From Podarcis erhardii (Eukaryota): a stretch of 64,000 nucleotides of DNA. A program made the translations under genes and the position numbers. The first letter of the stretch is position 1; every line of letters starts with the position of its first letter. The notes under the pieces are model-generated. The model saw only the letters and a program-made list of their open reading frames with translations, was not told the origin of the DNA and made no database searches. The stretch lies in NCBI GenBank assembly GCA_964252035.1, contig OZ176202.1, one strand, 5' to 3'. Shown here in pieces: positions 13,010 through 24,866 of the stretch.

Positions 13010-14678
13010 GTATGAAATGTATTTTGAACAGCTGCTCACCCCTTAGGAGGTGTTCTAATTAATTAAGGTATGAGAAGTTGGCAGCAATTGCACACCGAGA
13101 CAGTTCTGCATATGGCCCTTTACTGCCTTAACATTAGAAATTTATTATGACAGGTAGGACACACAAAAGCTTTTTCCCGGGCCTGTCTTGCACTCTTCCC
13201 ATTTATCAAACACTGAAAAGGTCAACACTGATAGAGCCTTTGTTACTCCCACCATTCGGCTCTCAGGCGACTGGAACGCCTTATTGAAATACTCGAGAAC
13301 CCCATTATTACCTGGGGGTGTCATGCATGGTGCACACCATAGAATGGTGATGTGGATGGAAATAGCTTGCCAGCACAACCACTAATCAACATGATGGAAG
13401 CAACAGTCCAACATTTAGAGGACACCATGTTGGCTGCCTGATTATTATTATTATTTATTGACCCTTGACAATCTTTTCAGTAGTGGTTTTCCCACTTGCT
13501 GAAAGCCCTCCCTAGTGAAGTGCACCTGCTTCCGTCATCATAAACTTTCAGGAAGAATTCGAAAACAGGCTCTCTTTATCCAGGCATTAGGTGGCTGAAG
13601 AATACCGTTCCTGGCAATTGCTGGATGGAATAATGTTTCCAACTATGGCTGCTTTTAGAATGTTTTCTAGCCTGTACTAGAATGTTTTGTTTCTAAATTG
13701 TGTATCTGTTTGTGGCCCTGGGCTCCTTTGGGAGGGAGGTTAGGTTATAAATTCAATAACATAATAATAATGCCTTTGCCTTTCACACAAAGAGAAAGTG
13801 TGTTTGAAGTAAGTACTCAGAAGTCCTAAGCCGTTAATTTGGCATAAACAGAGTCACTTCACACATCTGAATGTAACTTCCTCAAAAGTGCTCCCAGAAT
13901 ACTTGGAATTAGTTAGCATCACCTGAATGCAGATTTGACGCTTCTGGTGTTGAGGAACAGACACTGACCCACAAAAGAAATTTAATGCACACACATACAA
14001 TCTACCAGAGTGCTAAAGAAGGGGAGGTGAAAGTTTGGGGATGTTTAAAATGGATTGTAAAGCTTGGTCTATTTGACTCATCTAGCCAATTTGTCACCCT
14101 ATCTTAAAAAGAAAAATGAATCCCCAAAGAGAGGAAATGTGGACTAGTGGTTAAAGCATAGGGTTTCTCCCTCCCAACCAGATCAATCCTGTTTTGAATG
14201 TGCATTAGCCCTACATTACTCTCCATTAGTTACTGTTAATAGTATAAATGCGGGCCTTTTGTACTCTCATGTAATTCTTGATACATAAGTAAAGGTTTCT
14301 CATGAGGATACTTAATTTAAAAAAAAAACCCTCCAGCTAGTATTGAAAGCTATTTATTATATGTTACAGTAAGCTTCCACAACAGAATAAAATCAATGCA
14401 GTTTACTCTGCTGCAAGTGCAAAGTGCACAACCTCATTTGCACTACCTCAAGAACCCGATAGTCAGTTGGCACAAACAATAGCTTATTATGAGTCTGGCT
14501 GTAAGCTGCCATGCTGCTAATGCCTATTAGACTATAGCTGGATTATAACTGAATGGTCCATTTCAATAGGATATTAGAATAAGTATTTAGATATTTGGCT
14601 ACTCTTACAGGCAGCTCATGTTTTACCAAGCCGGGTGTCAACACAAGATTACTGAATTGTTTTATCTTTTTCATAAAG

Positions 14679-14854
14679 CCTTTATAGAAAAATGCAGGCA
14701 GTCCCAGTAAAACGTGAAACTGTACTTCAGCATGACTATGACTATATAGTTCTGAAGCAATATATTCACTACCAGAGGACCAAGAAGAAAGTCAGTGACT
14801 GGTGTACAACAACAACATACAGAGAAGCATTCACATTACCATTTTACAAATCAG
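14679..14854 (+). CDS. SPMIP3: SPMIP3 coding exon 3 (LYRKMQAVPVKRETVLQHDYDYIVLKQYIHYQRTKKKVSDWCTTTTYREAFTLPFYKS)
   Basis: Acceptor ttttcataaag|C, donor G|GTGGGT; open 176 nt; WCTTTTYREAFTLPFY resembles recalled human WYKETTYRRDYSLPFY. Confidence 0.82.
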
Positions 14855-15152
14855 GTGGGTAAATTCTTAGCCAGATAACATACACAACCCATGTTTAGGT
14901 TAGGAAAGCTCTTCCATCTTATAAAAAAATAGCTTTATGTATTGATTTGCACATTCACTTTCATATACTTTTTTTTTTGCAATAAAAAGGCCAACAGAAG
15001 CTTTTGACCTTACACAGAAGCAAAGCACAGTAGTATCTTCCTTTTTAAGAAATAAATGTGGAAGGTAGCCATTAGGCTGGCTTTAAAAAAAATCCTTCAC
15101 TGTTAAACATATTTATATAAATGTTGATGTGCATTACATGCCTTCATCACAG

Positions 15153-15217
15153 CTTGGAAGGGAGCTAATCGTACTGTTCCCCACCTAGAGCGGAAGAGAG
15201 TAAATGCAAGAATATAG
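15153..15217 (+). CDS. SPMIP3: Alternative candidate terminal exon of SPMIP3 (AWKGANRTVPHLERKRVNARI, stop)
   Basis: Acceptor ccttcatcacag|CT; phase-compatible; only W and TV line up with recalled human DWNQKLATV. Confidence 0.25.
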
Positions 15218-18200
15218 TGAGAGGTTAGCCCAACAGTTTTCATGAAAATCAACAATTGTGTTGAACATTAACAAGCATTTAACCAGCGATTTGTAGGGCT
15301 TGATTTCTGAAAATGAAAAAACAAAAGTTTTGATATTTTAAAAATACATACGTAATTGAAATTAGTGCAAAAAAGAAGACAAACTTCAATCCTGCAAGCT
15401 CTGCGTATCAGGTAAAGCTATTAGCTCATGGATTAGCAGTCTACTATGAGATAATCCCAACGCTGGTATTTTGGCAGAAAGCCCTTCTGCCCAACAATTG
15501 CCTACAGATTAAAATATCCTTCTTCGCCCTTTCCAGAAGGATAAACTTCTCTGAAGTATGCAATGCTTGTCATCCTCTGAGAATATACAGGTCTGAATTC
15601 AAAGAACTGTAATGCTTCTGTGAATCCATGGGAGTTTTGGACTTGCTTCTCACAAGAAGCAGGGCCTTAAACTACAGGGTAAAGCTCTTCAAACAAAGGA
15701 CCACGTATAATATGGCACAAGGGCTGGGGGTGGGTGCCACACAAAGGGGGGAAAGTCAAACCAAAGTTCTTTTTTAGAGGTCCGCATGAGCTCTGCAGAG
15801 GTGTTCCAAGAAATCATGTGGCTTTATAGTTGAACTGTTGAGCAACTAAATTCATTTTCTGCAACACTGCTTGATACAATTGTTACTGTTTCAGTGTCCC
15901 TAGGTTAAGATCAACAATGGTTTATTAGTCCATGCTTTGTAGTTGTTCTGCCATTGGGTTGAGATTGAATAATGATTTATCAGTTCAGAATAACCAATCA
16001 AGTGGATGTGGAGGAGGAAGAGCTAACACACAGTTCGGATGGGTCAAAAGCTAGAATGAGAAATAAAAATGCAACAGCCATAGCAGGGCACCTTGGGTTT
16101 TTGTTTTTTTTTAATGTGATCTACAGAGCCTTCAGAAAAAGGCACATTGCTGAGGAATAGTTACATGAAGTGTCTGGTATATGCTTTTTTATGTGACTGG
16201 GGTGTGCGGGATGGAAGTGTTAGAAGCTGCCAGTCAATTATCAACAGGTTTTGAATTCATTAATTCCTTCTGAATTCAAGCAGCAAGGCCAATAATGATT
16301 TTATGTTTAAATTATAGACATTGCTGAGGATTATCATCCAAAAACTGATGCTGAATCGCAGTCTGTTTGGAAAAGTTTTTCTGCAAAGAAGAAAGACAAA
16401 ACTAAACCTTCATTTATGGGAGTTGGATAAATCCTTTTAGCCAAGCTGTGTGGGGTTTTTTAAAAAAACACACACACATCGAAAAACAAGATGGAATAAC
16501 CTTTCAAGACTGCCGCTCACAAAAGTACTAAAGACGACTTCTTATACTATATGGATAGTGTTGCAATTTTAAATATGTTCTGAACTGCTTTGAACACTTC
16601 TGAAACTTGATTTTAGAGATGGAAAAGCTTGACGGTAATAGGTATCAAAAGGGGGGGGAATACATATCTTTTTTTGGGGGGCAGCCTTTCAGAGCTGCAA
16701 CTGTAAAGCACAGGCAGAAGTTAATCAATGTTACAAAAGGCTTCTTCTCTTCTCTCTCCCCACCCCTGGCAAAAAAATTGACCATGACTTCTTTGTCCCA
16801 GAAAGGCAGGAGTAAAAAACAATGGGAGGTGTACTTAGATCACTTCTGTCCCCTATGCATATTTCCAGGGAACTTACAAGGACTATATTCACTTCTGAGT
16901 GCCCCTGCCCCTGCCCTGCAATAGTGCACAATGCAGGGCAAAATAAAACATACTAGGACTTAAATGGGGAAAGGAATAGGATTCCATCCCCTCTTCCACC
17001 CCATTAGAGCAATACTGCTCTTCTTTCACCTTGCTCTGGAGATGTGGAAGCAACCAGGATGGCCAAGCTAGAGAGACCAGAAGCTTGAATGAGATTACTG
17101 TTTTGTAAAACTCTGCAAACTGCATGCTCTTTACCCATACTAGAATGTTTAACACTGGAAAGACGTAAGATGCAGACGTGAGATATATAGACCTATACCA
17201 ATTTTTGCAGTATAGGAACACCCACAGGTCACTGGAAGAAGCTGTAAGGAAAAGGTGAGGGATTGATACAATGTCGTTTTAGGGCTGCTGCCTCCCTTCC
17301 TCCATGTGTAACTCGGGATAACCTTTAATGAATGATGGAGTGTTGTCTACGAAAGCTCATGCTATATGTATTGTCATTTAAGGTGTATAAGACTTTGCTG
17401 TTGCAAAAACACCAAACAGTACCTACCCCCTGGGAATTTTAAAAGTTCGCAGACATGACAGTTATTTGTGATTTCAAAGGGGTTCTATCAGAGCATGCTG
17501 AATATTTTTCCTGTGTGCAGAAGCATGTGTGTTGCTAAGGGGTGTTTGGAAAGAATCACTTTATTTTTTAGTTAACACAGAACTATGCACCAGTGCATAG
17601 GTAGTTAGAAAAACATCCCTAGCAAACTGGAAATAGCAAATTGAGCAGATTTATTATGTGTTATCCCCGCTACCAGAACAAGTAATTGTGAATAAAAAGT
17701 TAAAAGGCAGAGACAAAAGAAAGCAGACAAGAGAGGGGGAAAATGTGTATTCTATGGGCTGGATCCTAAATTAGTTTTCTGTAATAGGAGGCCTCCCATT
17801 GGTGGAAGGAGACTGTTTTTGCAGATTCCTTCCTTCCCCTCTTCTGGAGCGCCCCTCCCAAACACTCCAGAGCAGACTTTCAAAGGAGCTGCAGAGGAAG
17901 GCAAAAATCAGTGAAATTCACTGCTCATCCCTCACTTTTGCCAGAAGAATCAATGCCCTGTAAATTTTGAAAATTCAGAACATATCACTGCTAATCGAGT
18001 AAGAAGGCCAGTTTTAAAGATAGAGCCCAAAATTTGAGAGAAATATTTGGATAGGGAGAATTTTAAAAGTATCCATAACCAAAGCCTTCTCCAGAATCTA
18101 AACACAATAATGCTATTCCTGGCTTCAATGACGGGTTCTTCTAAAAAGTTTCCGTACTCCAAAAATAATCTTGGCATTAACAAAAAATAGCTGTCTGCAA

Positions 18201-18502
18201 GAAAACAAAACAAAACAGAAAACAGCAGCATACTGTTCTGATAAAAGGAAGTCAATCCACACATCAAAAAGAGAGAAAGACTAATGTTGTTTTATTCTGG
18301 TGGAAAAGCATCTTGATAGATGTGGTTGCAGTCAAAAAGATTAAAGGGAAAGTGAACACTTACTATCTCTGGAGAAGCAATTTGAAAAAGAGGGTTGGGG
18401 GTCCAAGGAGCTGAAGTGAGGAGGGAAGACAAGAAGACCTGTTGTGTGAATGGACTGCTACTTACGCAGCTCTGGATCCATCCCACTCTCTTTTCTTAAC
18501 AG

Positions 18503-18753
18503 AAAATGCTTATTTTGGATTACCTACTCCTGGATTTCTGAATAAAGGTCTTCTTAACCAATTGCACACACCTGCAAAGTGGTGTATAGCACAATGTACC
18601 TCACAAGCTACAGTGGATGTGAAAGACCATGCTTATGTACAAACATACTCAGCAAGTGCATCAAAAATATTCAGTTTTTTAAAAGCTATTATGGCACCAT
18701 GGTTTGTTTACCTGCTATATGGAAGCCCAAGCTTCCAATCATATTTGTCCTGA
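18503..18753 (+). CDS. SPMIP3: Preferred candidate terminal exon of SPMIP3 (ENAYFGLPTPGFLNKGLLNQLHTPAKWC...FQSYLS, stop)
   Basis: Strong acceptor cccactctcttttcttaacag|AA; phase-1 compatible; LPT..LNKGLLNQLH resembles recalled human LAT.SLNPRPLNSLP; AATAAA at 18927-18932. Confidence 0.5.
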
Positions 18754-18926
18754 TTATGATTCAGCGTACACATTCAAACTCATTCAACAGTTAATGAGAT
18801 TCTCCTTAGGCTATTTGACTTTTACTGTCCCACAAGCTTAGTGAAGCTACACTAAAGCCTGTAATCCGTTTCCTTTCCCTTTAGTGATCTGGTTGCATTG
18901 TATTTTTGTTGTCTGTATGATTTCAA

Positions 18927-18932
18927 AATAAA
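18927..18932 (+). terminator. Candidate SPMIP3 polyadenylation signal AATAAA
   Basis: About 175 nt after the TGA of the preferred terminal exon. Confidence 0.35.
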
Positions 18933-19259
18933 ATTCCTTTAAAGGCGGGGGGCGGGCGTTGTAATTAGTGCTAGTATGTCAGCACCAACTAGCAACTGTT
19001 ATCTCATACAAAATGCCAGTTAATAAAAACGTAAATGCAGCTCACATATTTAGTAGAGTTATACACCAGAGCTGGCTGAATTCTGAATTGGATTGGACCA
19101 ATTCAGGCTGATTTGTGCCCTATCCAGATCAGGCTGAAGCAGCTACAAATGCCTACAGAGAGGGCTGGGTTGTCCCAAACAGATTTGTATTGATCTGTTG
19201 CTGAACTGTTGCTCGAAACAGTCTCAGAAAAACAGATAACACTGGAGAAAACACAGTTA

Positions 19260-19601
19260 CAGCCATTCGGCCCAGTATACCTGAAGGAGCGTCTCCACCC
19301 CCATCGTTCTGCCCGGACGCTGAGGTCCAGCGCCGAGGGCCTTCTGGCGGTTCCCTCATTGCGAGAAGCAAAGCTACAGGGAACCAGGCAGAGGGCCTTC
19401 TCGGTAGTGGCGCCCGCCCTGTGGAACACCCTCCCATCAGATGTCAAAGCGATAAATAACTACCTGACATTCAGAAGACATCTTAAGGCAGCCCTGTTCA
19501 GGGAAGTTTTTAATCTGTGATATTTTAGTGTATTTTTGGTTTCTATGGAAGCCGCCCAGAGTGGCTGGGGAAACCCAGCCAGATGGGCGGGGTACAAATA
19601 A

Positions 19602-19643
<42 letters not shown>
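19260..19643 (+). mobile_element. L2-clade LINE 3' fragment with (ATT)14 tail
   Basis: ORF 19209..19520 has RAFSVVAPALWNTLP...FRRHLKAALF (L2 C-terminus); homologous to the 1932 copy; tail 19602-19643. Confidence 0.88.
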
Positions 19644-20139
19644 TTGGTTTCACAATTCAAGCCAATGGGATTTCCAGATATTTGTAATTTCTGCATTGCT
19701 ATCTGGATTTCTAAATCTGCCCCCACAAATCAGACGGGGGGAGTCCCTAAAAATTTAGTTCTGTGTACTGTTTCGGCTTACCTCTCTTACAGTAACTCTT
19801 AAAATATCAATGAAAGGAAGAAAGCTATGGAAGAATTTCAGCATAAAAGTTAGAAAGCCACCATTGTTCACCTTATAAATCTGATGAATGATGTTGAGAA
19901 TGTTACAGCATATAATAGGGATTGAAAATACTTACACATCTATAACACCGATAACTGTGGGATAAAATGACTGACATAGCAGGTATGCAATGGAATCAAA
20001 AGAAAAGGCTTCTGCAAAATCAAATCAAAAGCCACAAAATACAAAGCAACAAACATGATTTGTACATCCTGTTATCTTAGGGTATTTGCCAAGTTGATTT
20101 TTTAAAAAATCTATTTACAGTAAAGTATTGGCTTCAGTC

Positions 20140-20145
20140 TTTATT
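20140..20145 (-). terminator. Candidate ADSS2 polyadenylation signal AATAAA
   Basis: tttatt on + about 860 nt past the stop. Further along the - strand are TGTAAATA (20112-20119) and a GU/U-rich tract near 20020-20070. The cleavage site is not directly observable. Confidence 0.45.
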
Positions 20146-21005
20146 TACCTAGGTAGCCCAATGTGTCCCTAACAGGACTGCCAGTAGCTCCTGTGTCTGC
20201 ATTCAAGGACCCGACTATGCATCCAGTTTCCGATAATCCTCTAAATACTTGAAATTGGATGGATTTGACACTAGGCTAATGAACTGATGGATCACTGGAC
20301 AGAAGGAAGAAAAGCTGAAACGCAGAAGTATCATAACAGCTAAAAATGTATTAATGAACTCCTTTCAGTAGTGAGTATAATAGACCTACAATATGTTTTC
20401 TGTATCTTACTTTATAATTTAAGTTGTTGCACTGTTTACATATTAAACATCCCTTCCAAGCTATCATTTCATAATAGTTTTAATAAAAACCTGTAACAAA
20501 AAAGAGTTTTCTTCATCATTATAAAATCATCCCTCTCTTTAATCACACACTACTACAGCAGCCATACAGGTAACAACAGCTTTAGGAGTACAAATGAGGA
20601 TGTAAAACTCTGTGCAAAACTGCATTAATTATTTTAAGCATCTAAAATTTCAGGAAGTAACACCACCAAAAGCAGAGACAATAAAGACATATGGTCATGA
20701 AAGTAATGTACAACCTTTGATTTAGAAAGGTAGTGTTGGGAGAAACATCTGAAGGAGAAAAAAATCTGGTGGCACCTTGACAAATGGTGGCAATAGTGAC
20801 AAATGCCCTGGAATTTGTGAAGTGATACTGATAGTTGCCAAAGTCTTTTACAGCAGTAACAATTATTTGTCCAGACCATCTTTAGCTCTTAAATACAGTG
20901 TCCAACTTCCAAAAATCATTGCTGCTTAGGTTAAGAATAATAGATATAAGAATTGACAGTCTCTTTGTGGAGTGTGCTTTCTTTTCTTCCATTTATTTAG
21001 TATCT

Positions 21006-21058
21006 TTAGAAGAGCTGAATCATCGACTCCCTGGATTTTCCTACTCCAATCCACTTAA
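21006..21058 (-). CDS. ADSS2: ADSS2 exon 13 coding part (VKWIGVGKSRESMIQLF, stop)
   Basis: Acceptor tctgcag|TT; TAA at 21006-21008; conserved C-terminus. Confidence 0.96.
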
Positions 21059-22065
21059 CTGCAGAAAGAAAAATATATTTTGCATGACACTTTGCAGGAA
21101 CAGATGACTTAGGATACTAGTGCAAATCCTACACCTGTCTACTCAAAAGAGTCTTACTCCCAAGGTAAGTGCATACAGAACTGTATTCTACGGATACTTT
21201 CAAAGACTTACCAAAATAATTGTTTTTCAATAGTCATGCAGCTACTTAAAGCTGTGTGATATCCTGCTCTTTAATGTTATTTACCTGATGTCAGTAGTTC
21301 TGTTCCCCTAAGGCAAAAGCTTTTCAAGCAATTTTGAAAAGCATTACAGAATTGGTTACTGATTTCACTCAAATCAGTAATTGGCATTCCCCCCCCCCCC
21401 CAAGATATCATGCACGAAATCTCGGTATATTTCACTAAAACATTCCCTTTTTAATATTATTTCTATTTTTTCCGTTTTAACAATGACATCTAACCAGAAT
21501 CAGGATACAAAATATCAGAACTATCACAAGTAAAAACTTAGCAAAGCTAGGAGCGTAATCTAACACATACAACTAGAAAATACTACTTAGAGAACAGCAA
21601 TTACAGAATTTTATTCTCTAGTTACTCAAGGTGATTCGAAAGGCTCTTCCAAATCTATTTAAAATAACGTCTCAAGTTAAAACAATTTCATTTTCAGGAC
21701 TCAAGACCATGAAGTGATCTGGAAACAAGCGAACAGGTTTACAATGAAACAGAAATGTTATCCACTATGTTAGTCACTAGCTTGAAAGCCAAGACTTTAG
21801 ATTCCTTGATTTATCTCTTTCACTGAGTGTGACTCTCAGGAATGACTAGTTCTAGAAATAGCTACCTACACAAATTATGAATTACTGTGAAGCAGTATAC
21901 AGACCCTCAGAGCAATTTTACCAATCATGATGTTTCACGTTTCAAGTCTACAAACCGGCAGTTACATAGTGATGAGTAATACTCTCAACGAGAAAGCATT
22001 TCCTTAGAAGTACTTCTGCTTCTAATAGATCCCTGAAAACATTTTTTAAAAACTGCTTTGCTTAC

Positions 22066-22215
22066 CAGGAATTCCTAGTTCCATTTCTATAAATCGAACA
22101 TAGTTTTGTGCATTTACAGGCAGTTCATCAAAAGTCCTTGCATTTGATATGTCTGTGTTCCATCCTGGGAGGGTCTCATACTGAACCTCTACTTTATTTA
22201 AGACTTCTTGGTTTG
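22066..22215 (-). CDS. ADSS2: ADSS2 exon 12 ([50 protein letters not shown])
   Basis: Acceptor taataaag|CA, donor G|GTAAGC; 150 nt. Confidence 0.96.
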
Positions 22216-22471
22216 CTTTATTAAAAAAAAGAAGAAGCAGTGTAACAGATAATTTTACTGTTGACAATAATATCAGACTTGTTTAATCATTCAGATAAGC
22301 AAATTTTACAACCTCAAGTCACCCAAAGGAATAAAAGATGAAGAAACAAAAGAATGGCTGTGCAAAACAGCTCAGTAACCAACTTAACAGCCATCCCAAA
22401 ATCCTTTACATAGGTGAAATATAGGGAAAGGAAGTTAACTACTGTGTTGGAAATGACAGATTCCCTATAAA

Positions 22472-22580
22472 GCAGGGATGACGAACCTTTTGGGTCCAGA
22501 GGAAAATAGCCTCAGGAGCCAAATAAAGAGGTTTGGCAGTCAAAATCTAAGCTTGGAGGTCAGATGTTCCCCACTCTGCT
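22472..22580. mobile_element. Degenerate hAT-like MITE
   Basis: Ends cagggatgacgaacc / gttccccactctg. Confidence 0.5.
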
Positions 22581-23036
22581 ATGGAGGAATTAAGGGCAAC
22601 TAACTATAGAGTGCTCTTCCCAAAGAGCCTCCCTTAGTACTTATATTAACATATTTTAGGAACTAGGCAAAGTATTCTCCTGGACATTTAATTGCTAATA
22701 CCTCAGGTGCTCTTGTTAGAGCATTTTTTCCCATTAGTTAATTTTATGGTTATCATGCTCATTTTGTTTGGGGTCAGTGGAGTTTTGGGGATTCATCTAA
22801 CAAGCTCCATCAGTGGAAGCCTTGTACCATGATTTCAGCTTGTCCAACATGGTTTCTCCTCCGCACTCCCCAAAATTGGCTCGGGGTGTGTGTGTCAGAA
22901 GATCCCACAGAAGAGGGGAGCGGGGAGAGAGAAAGAGGATTGTTCCATTTGGCAATCTGCCATAGTTGCACAGACAGAACGACTGAAAGAGTGCAATGTT
23001 GAATTCCACTCTGACTATTCTGAGCAGTAATGTATG

Positions 23037-23156
23037 ATCAGTTGGTACAGCATGAGACACTTAATCTCAGTTTCATGGGTTCCAGCCCCACATTGGGCAA
23101 AGGACCCCTGCACTGCAGGGGTTTGGACTAGATAACCCTCAAGGTCTTATGATTCT
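23037..23156 (+). mobile_element. tRNA-Lys-derived SINE with CR1-like tail (degenerate)
   Basis: tcagttggtacagcatgagacacttaatctcag...ggactagataaccctc; same family as the 49888 copy. Confidence 0.7.
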
Positions 23157-23394
23157 GTTATTTTAAGTATTATTTACTGTGTAAATAATATTTCACGTAA
23201 TTTTGTACAAATCAAATTTTACATACTGCAATTTGCCTTGTGGCTTTTATATCAGCTGGTGAATAAATTACAACAGAAGCGACAATAAAAAACAACAGTA
23301 GTGAACCTACACTATAGTGAGGGGATACATCTAGCATTAAATATACCACTGGAAAAGATATAGTATGGACACACACATGATCGTACACACTCAC

Positions 23395-23492
23395 CTGGAA
23401 AATGAGGTATGATTTTATCATTTATTCTGTAAGCAACACCAACTTTAATTTCAGGAAATACATCCAAAATATCCAATTTGGTAAGAGCCAAT
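23395..23492 (-). CDS. ADSS2: ADSS2 exon 11 ([33 protein letters not shown])
   Basis: Acceptor aaaacag|A, donor G|GTGAGT; 98 nt; TKLD motif. Confidence 0.96.
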
Positions 23493-23773
23493 CTGTTTTA
23501 AAATAAAATATTGATGTGTTAGTTAGGTATAGACAAATATAAACTATAATCTTAGGAAGTAAATTTGTTTATTTTTAAAGAAAGATATAAATCACTAGGG
23601 CTGACATGGTTGCTTAGTCTTCAAAGCCACGCTTACCCATGTATATGTGACAGCCTACCTTTACATCTTGCTTTAAAATTATAGACTAAAAAAAAGTAAC
23701 CTGGGAAAACCCTGGAATTCCAGAATAAAAGCCAAAGAGAGAGAGAGAGACTATGAACATTTAACATCAGATA

Positions 23774-24522
23774 CCGTATTTTTCGCTCTATAGGACGCAC
23801 TTCTTCCCCTTCAAAAATGAAGGGGAAATGTGTGTGCGTCCTATGGAGCGAAGACGCCATAGCCCCGCGCCCCTCTTCCGGCTGGAGAGGTGACGCGCGG
23901 CTATGGCAGGTGCCCCTTTAGCCGCGCCCCCTCTCCAGCCGGGAGAGCGCGCGTGGGGCTAAAGAAGCCCCGCTTACCCTCTCCCGGCTGGAGAGGTGAC
24001 ACACGGCTATGGCAGGTGCCCCTTTAGCCGCGCGCCACCTCTCCAGCCAGGAGAGCGCGCGTGGGGCTAAAGAAGCCCCGCTTACCCTCTCCCGGCTGGA
24101 GAGGTGACACACGGCTATGGCAGGTGCCCCTTTAGCCGCGCACCACCTCTCCAGCTGGGAGAGCGCTTGCGGGGCTAAAGAGGCCATAAAAACTTTCCGC
24201 TGCTCCCCGACCTGCTCTTTGGGGCTGGTGGTGGGCTTCCCCCCGCCAGCCCCAAAGAGCAGGTCGAAAGGAACCTGAAACCTGGAGAGCGCGAGGGGTC
24301 GGTGCGCACCGACCCCTCTCCCTCTCCAGGCTTCCAAGGTAGCCGCCTGAAGGCGACTGAAAACAAGAGGGGGGAAATTCTCCCCTCTCTGCGCAGTGCC
24401 TCCTGCCGCTTCGCTAAAGGGGCGCTGGGCAGAGAGGGGGAGAATTTATTTTTCTTGTTCTCCCCCCTCTAAAACAAGGTGCGTCCTATTGTCTGGTGCA
24501 TCCTATGGTGCGAAAAGTACGG
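23774..24522. mobile_element. Tc2/pogo-type non-autonomous element (749 bp) with GC-rich multi-hairpin interior, in ADSS2 intron 10
   Basis: TIRs ccgtatttttcgc / gcgaaaagtacgg; TA TSD at 23772-23773 and 24523-24524; internal ~107-bp tandem repeat and several inverted repeats. Confidence 0.88.
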
Positions 24523-24741
24523 TAACTTTCTTCCAGAAGGGGTATCATAGTTATTAGCATGGCAGCTGGCAAGTCTTACATCAGTACTGTGACTTTAAAA
24601 ACCATTTTGTCTTCCACAGTGAGTCTTCAAAACATTGTTCTTTACTTGAAGGGTGTTAGTTTCATTCCCATTACTTCGTATTGTTTCTTCAAAGTATTAT
24701 ACTCTATTACAGTGCACTTGCTACCACTACAAACTACTCAC

Positions 24742-24866
24742 GCAGTAAATCCATTGATCATGTGAGCGTATCTAAGCAACACAAGATCCAGCCAGCCACA
24801 TCTTCTTTTCCGACCTGTGGTCACACCAACCTCTTTCCCACGTGTCTGCAGTAATTCTCCAATTTT
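24742..24866 (-). CDS. ADSS2: ADSS2 exon 10 ([41 protein letters not shown])
   Basis: Acceptor ttcttag|AA, donor GC|GTGAGT; 125 nt; aspartate-binding loop TTGRKRR. Confidence 0.96.

Noticed and set aside
20992-20997. AATAAA just after the ADSS2 stop
   Set aside because: It is only about 10 nt past the stop, and unique UTR-like sequence continues for about 900 nt to a better signal with a GU-rich downstream element.
23856-24181. CRISPR-like repeat array
   Set aside because: The context is a vertebrate intron, the spacers are themselves repeated rather than unique, there are no cas genes, and it sits inside TIRs with a TA TSD.
23918-24337. 139-aa minus-strand ORF with an internal repeat
   Set aside because: It is a translation of the GC-rich 107-bp tandem repeat, has no transposase motifs, and stops are depleted by composition.
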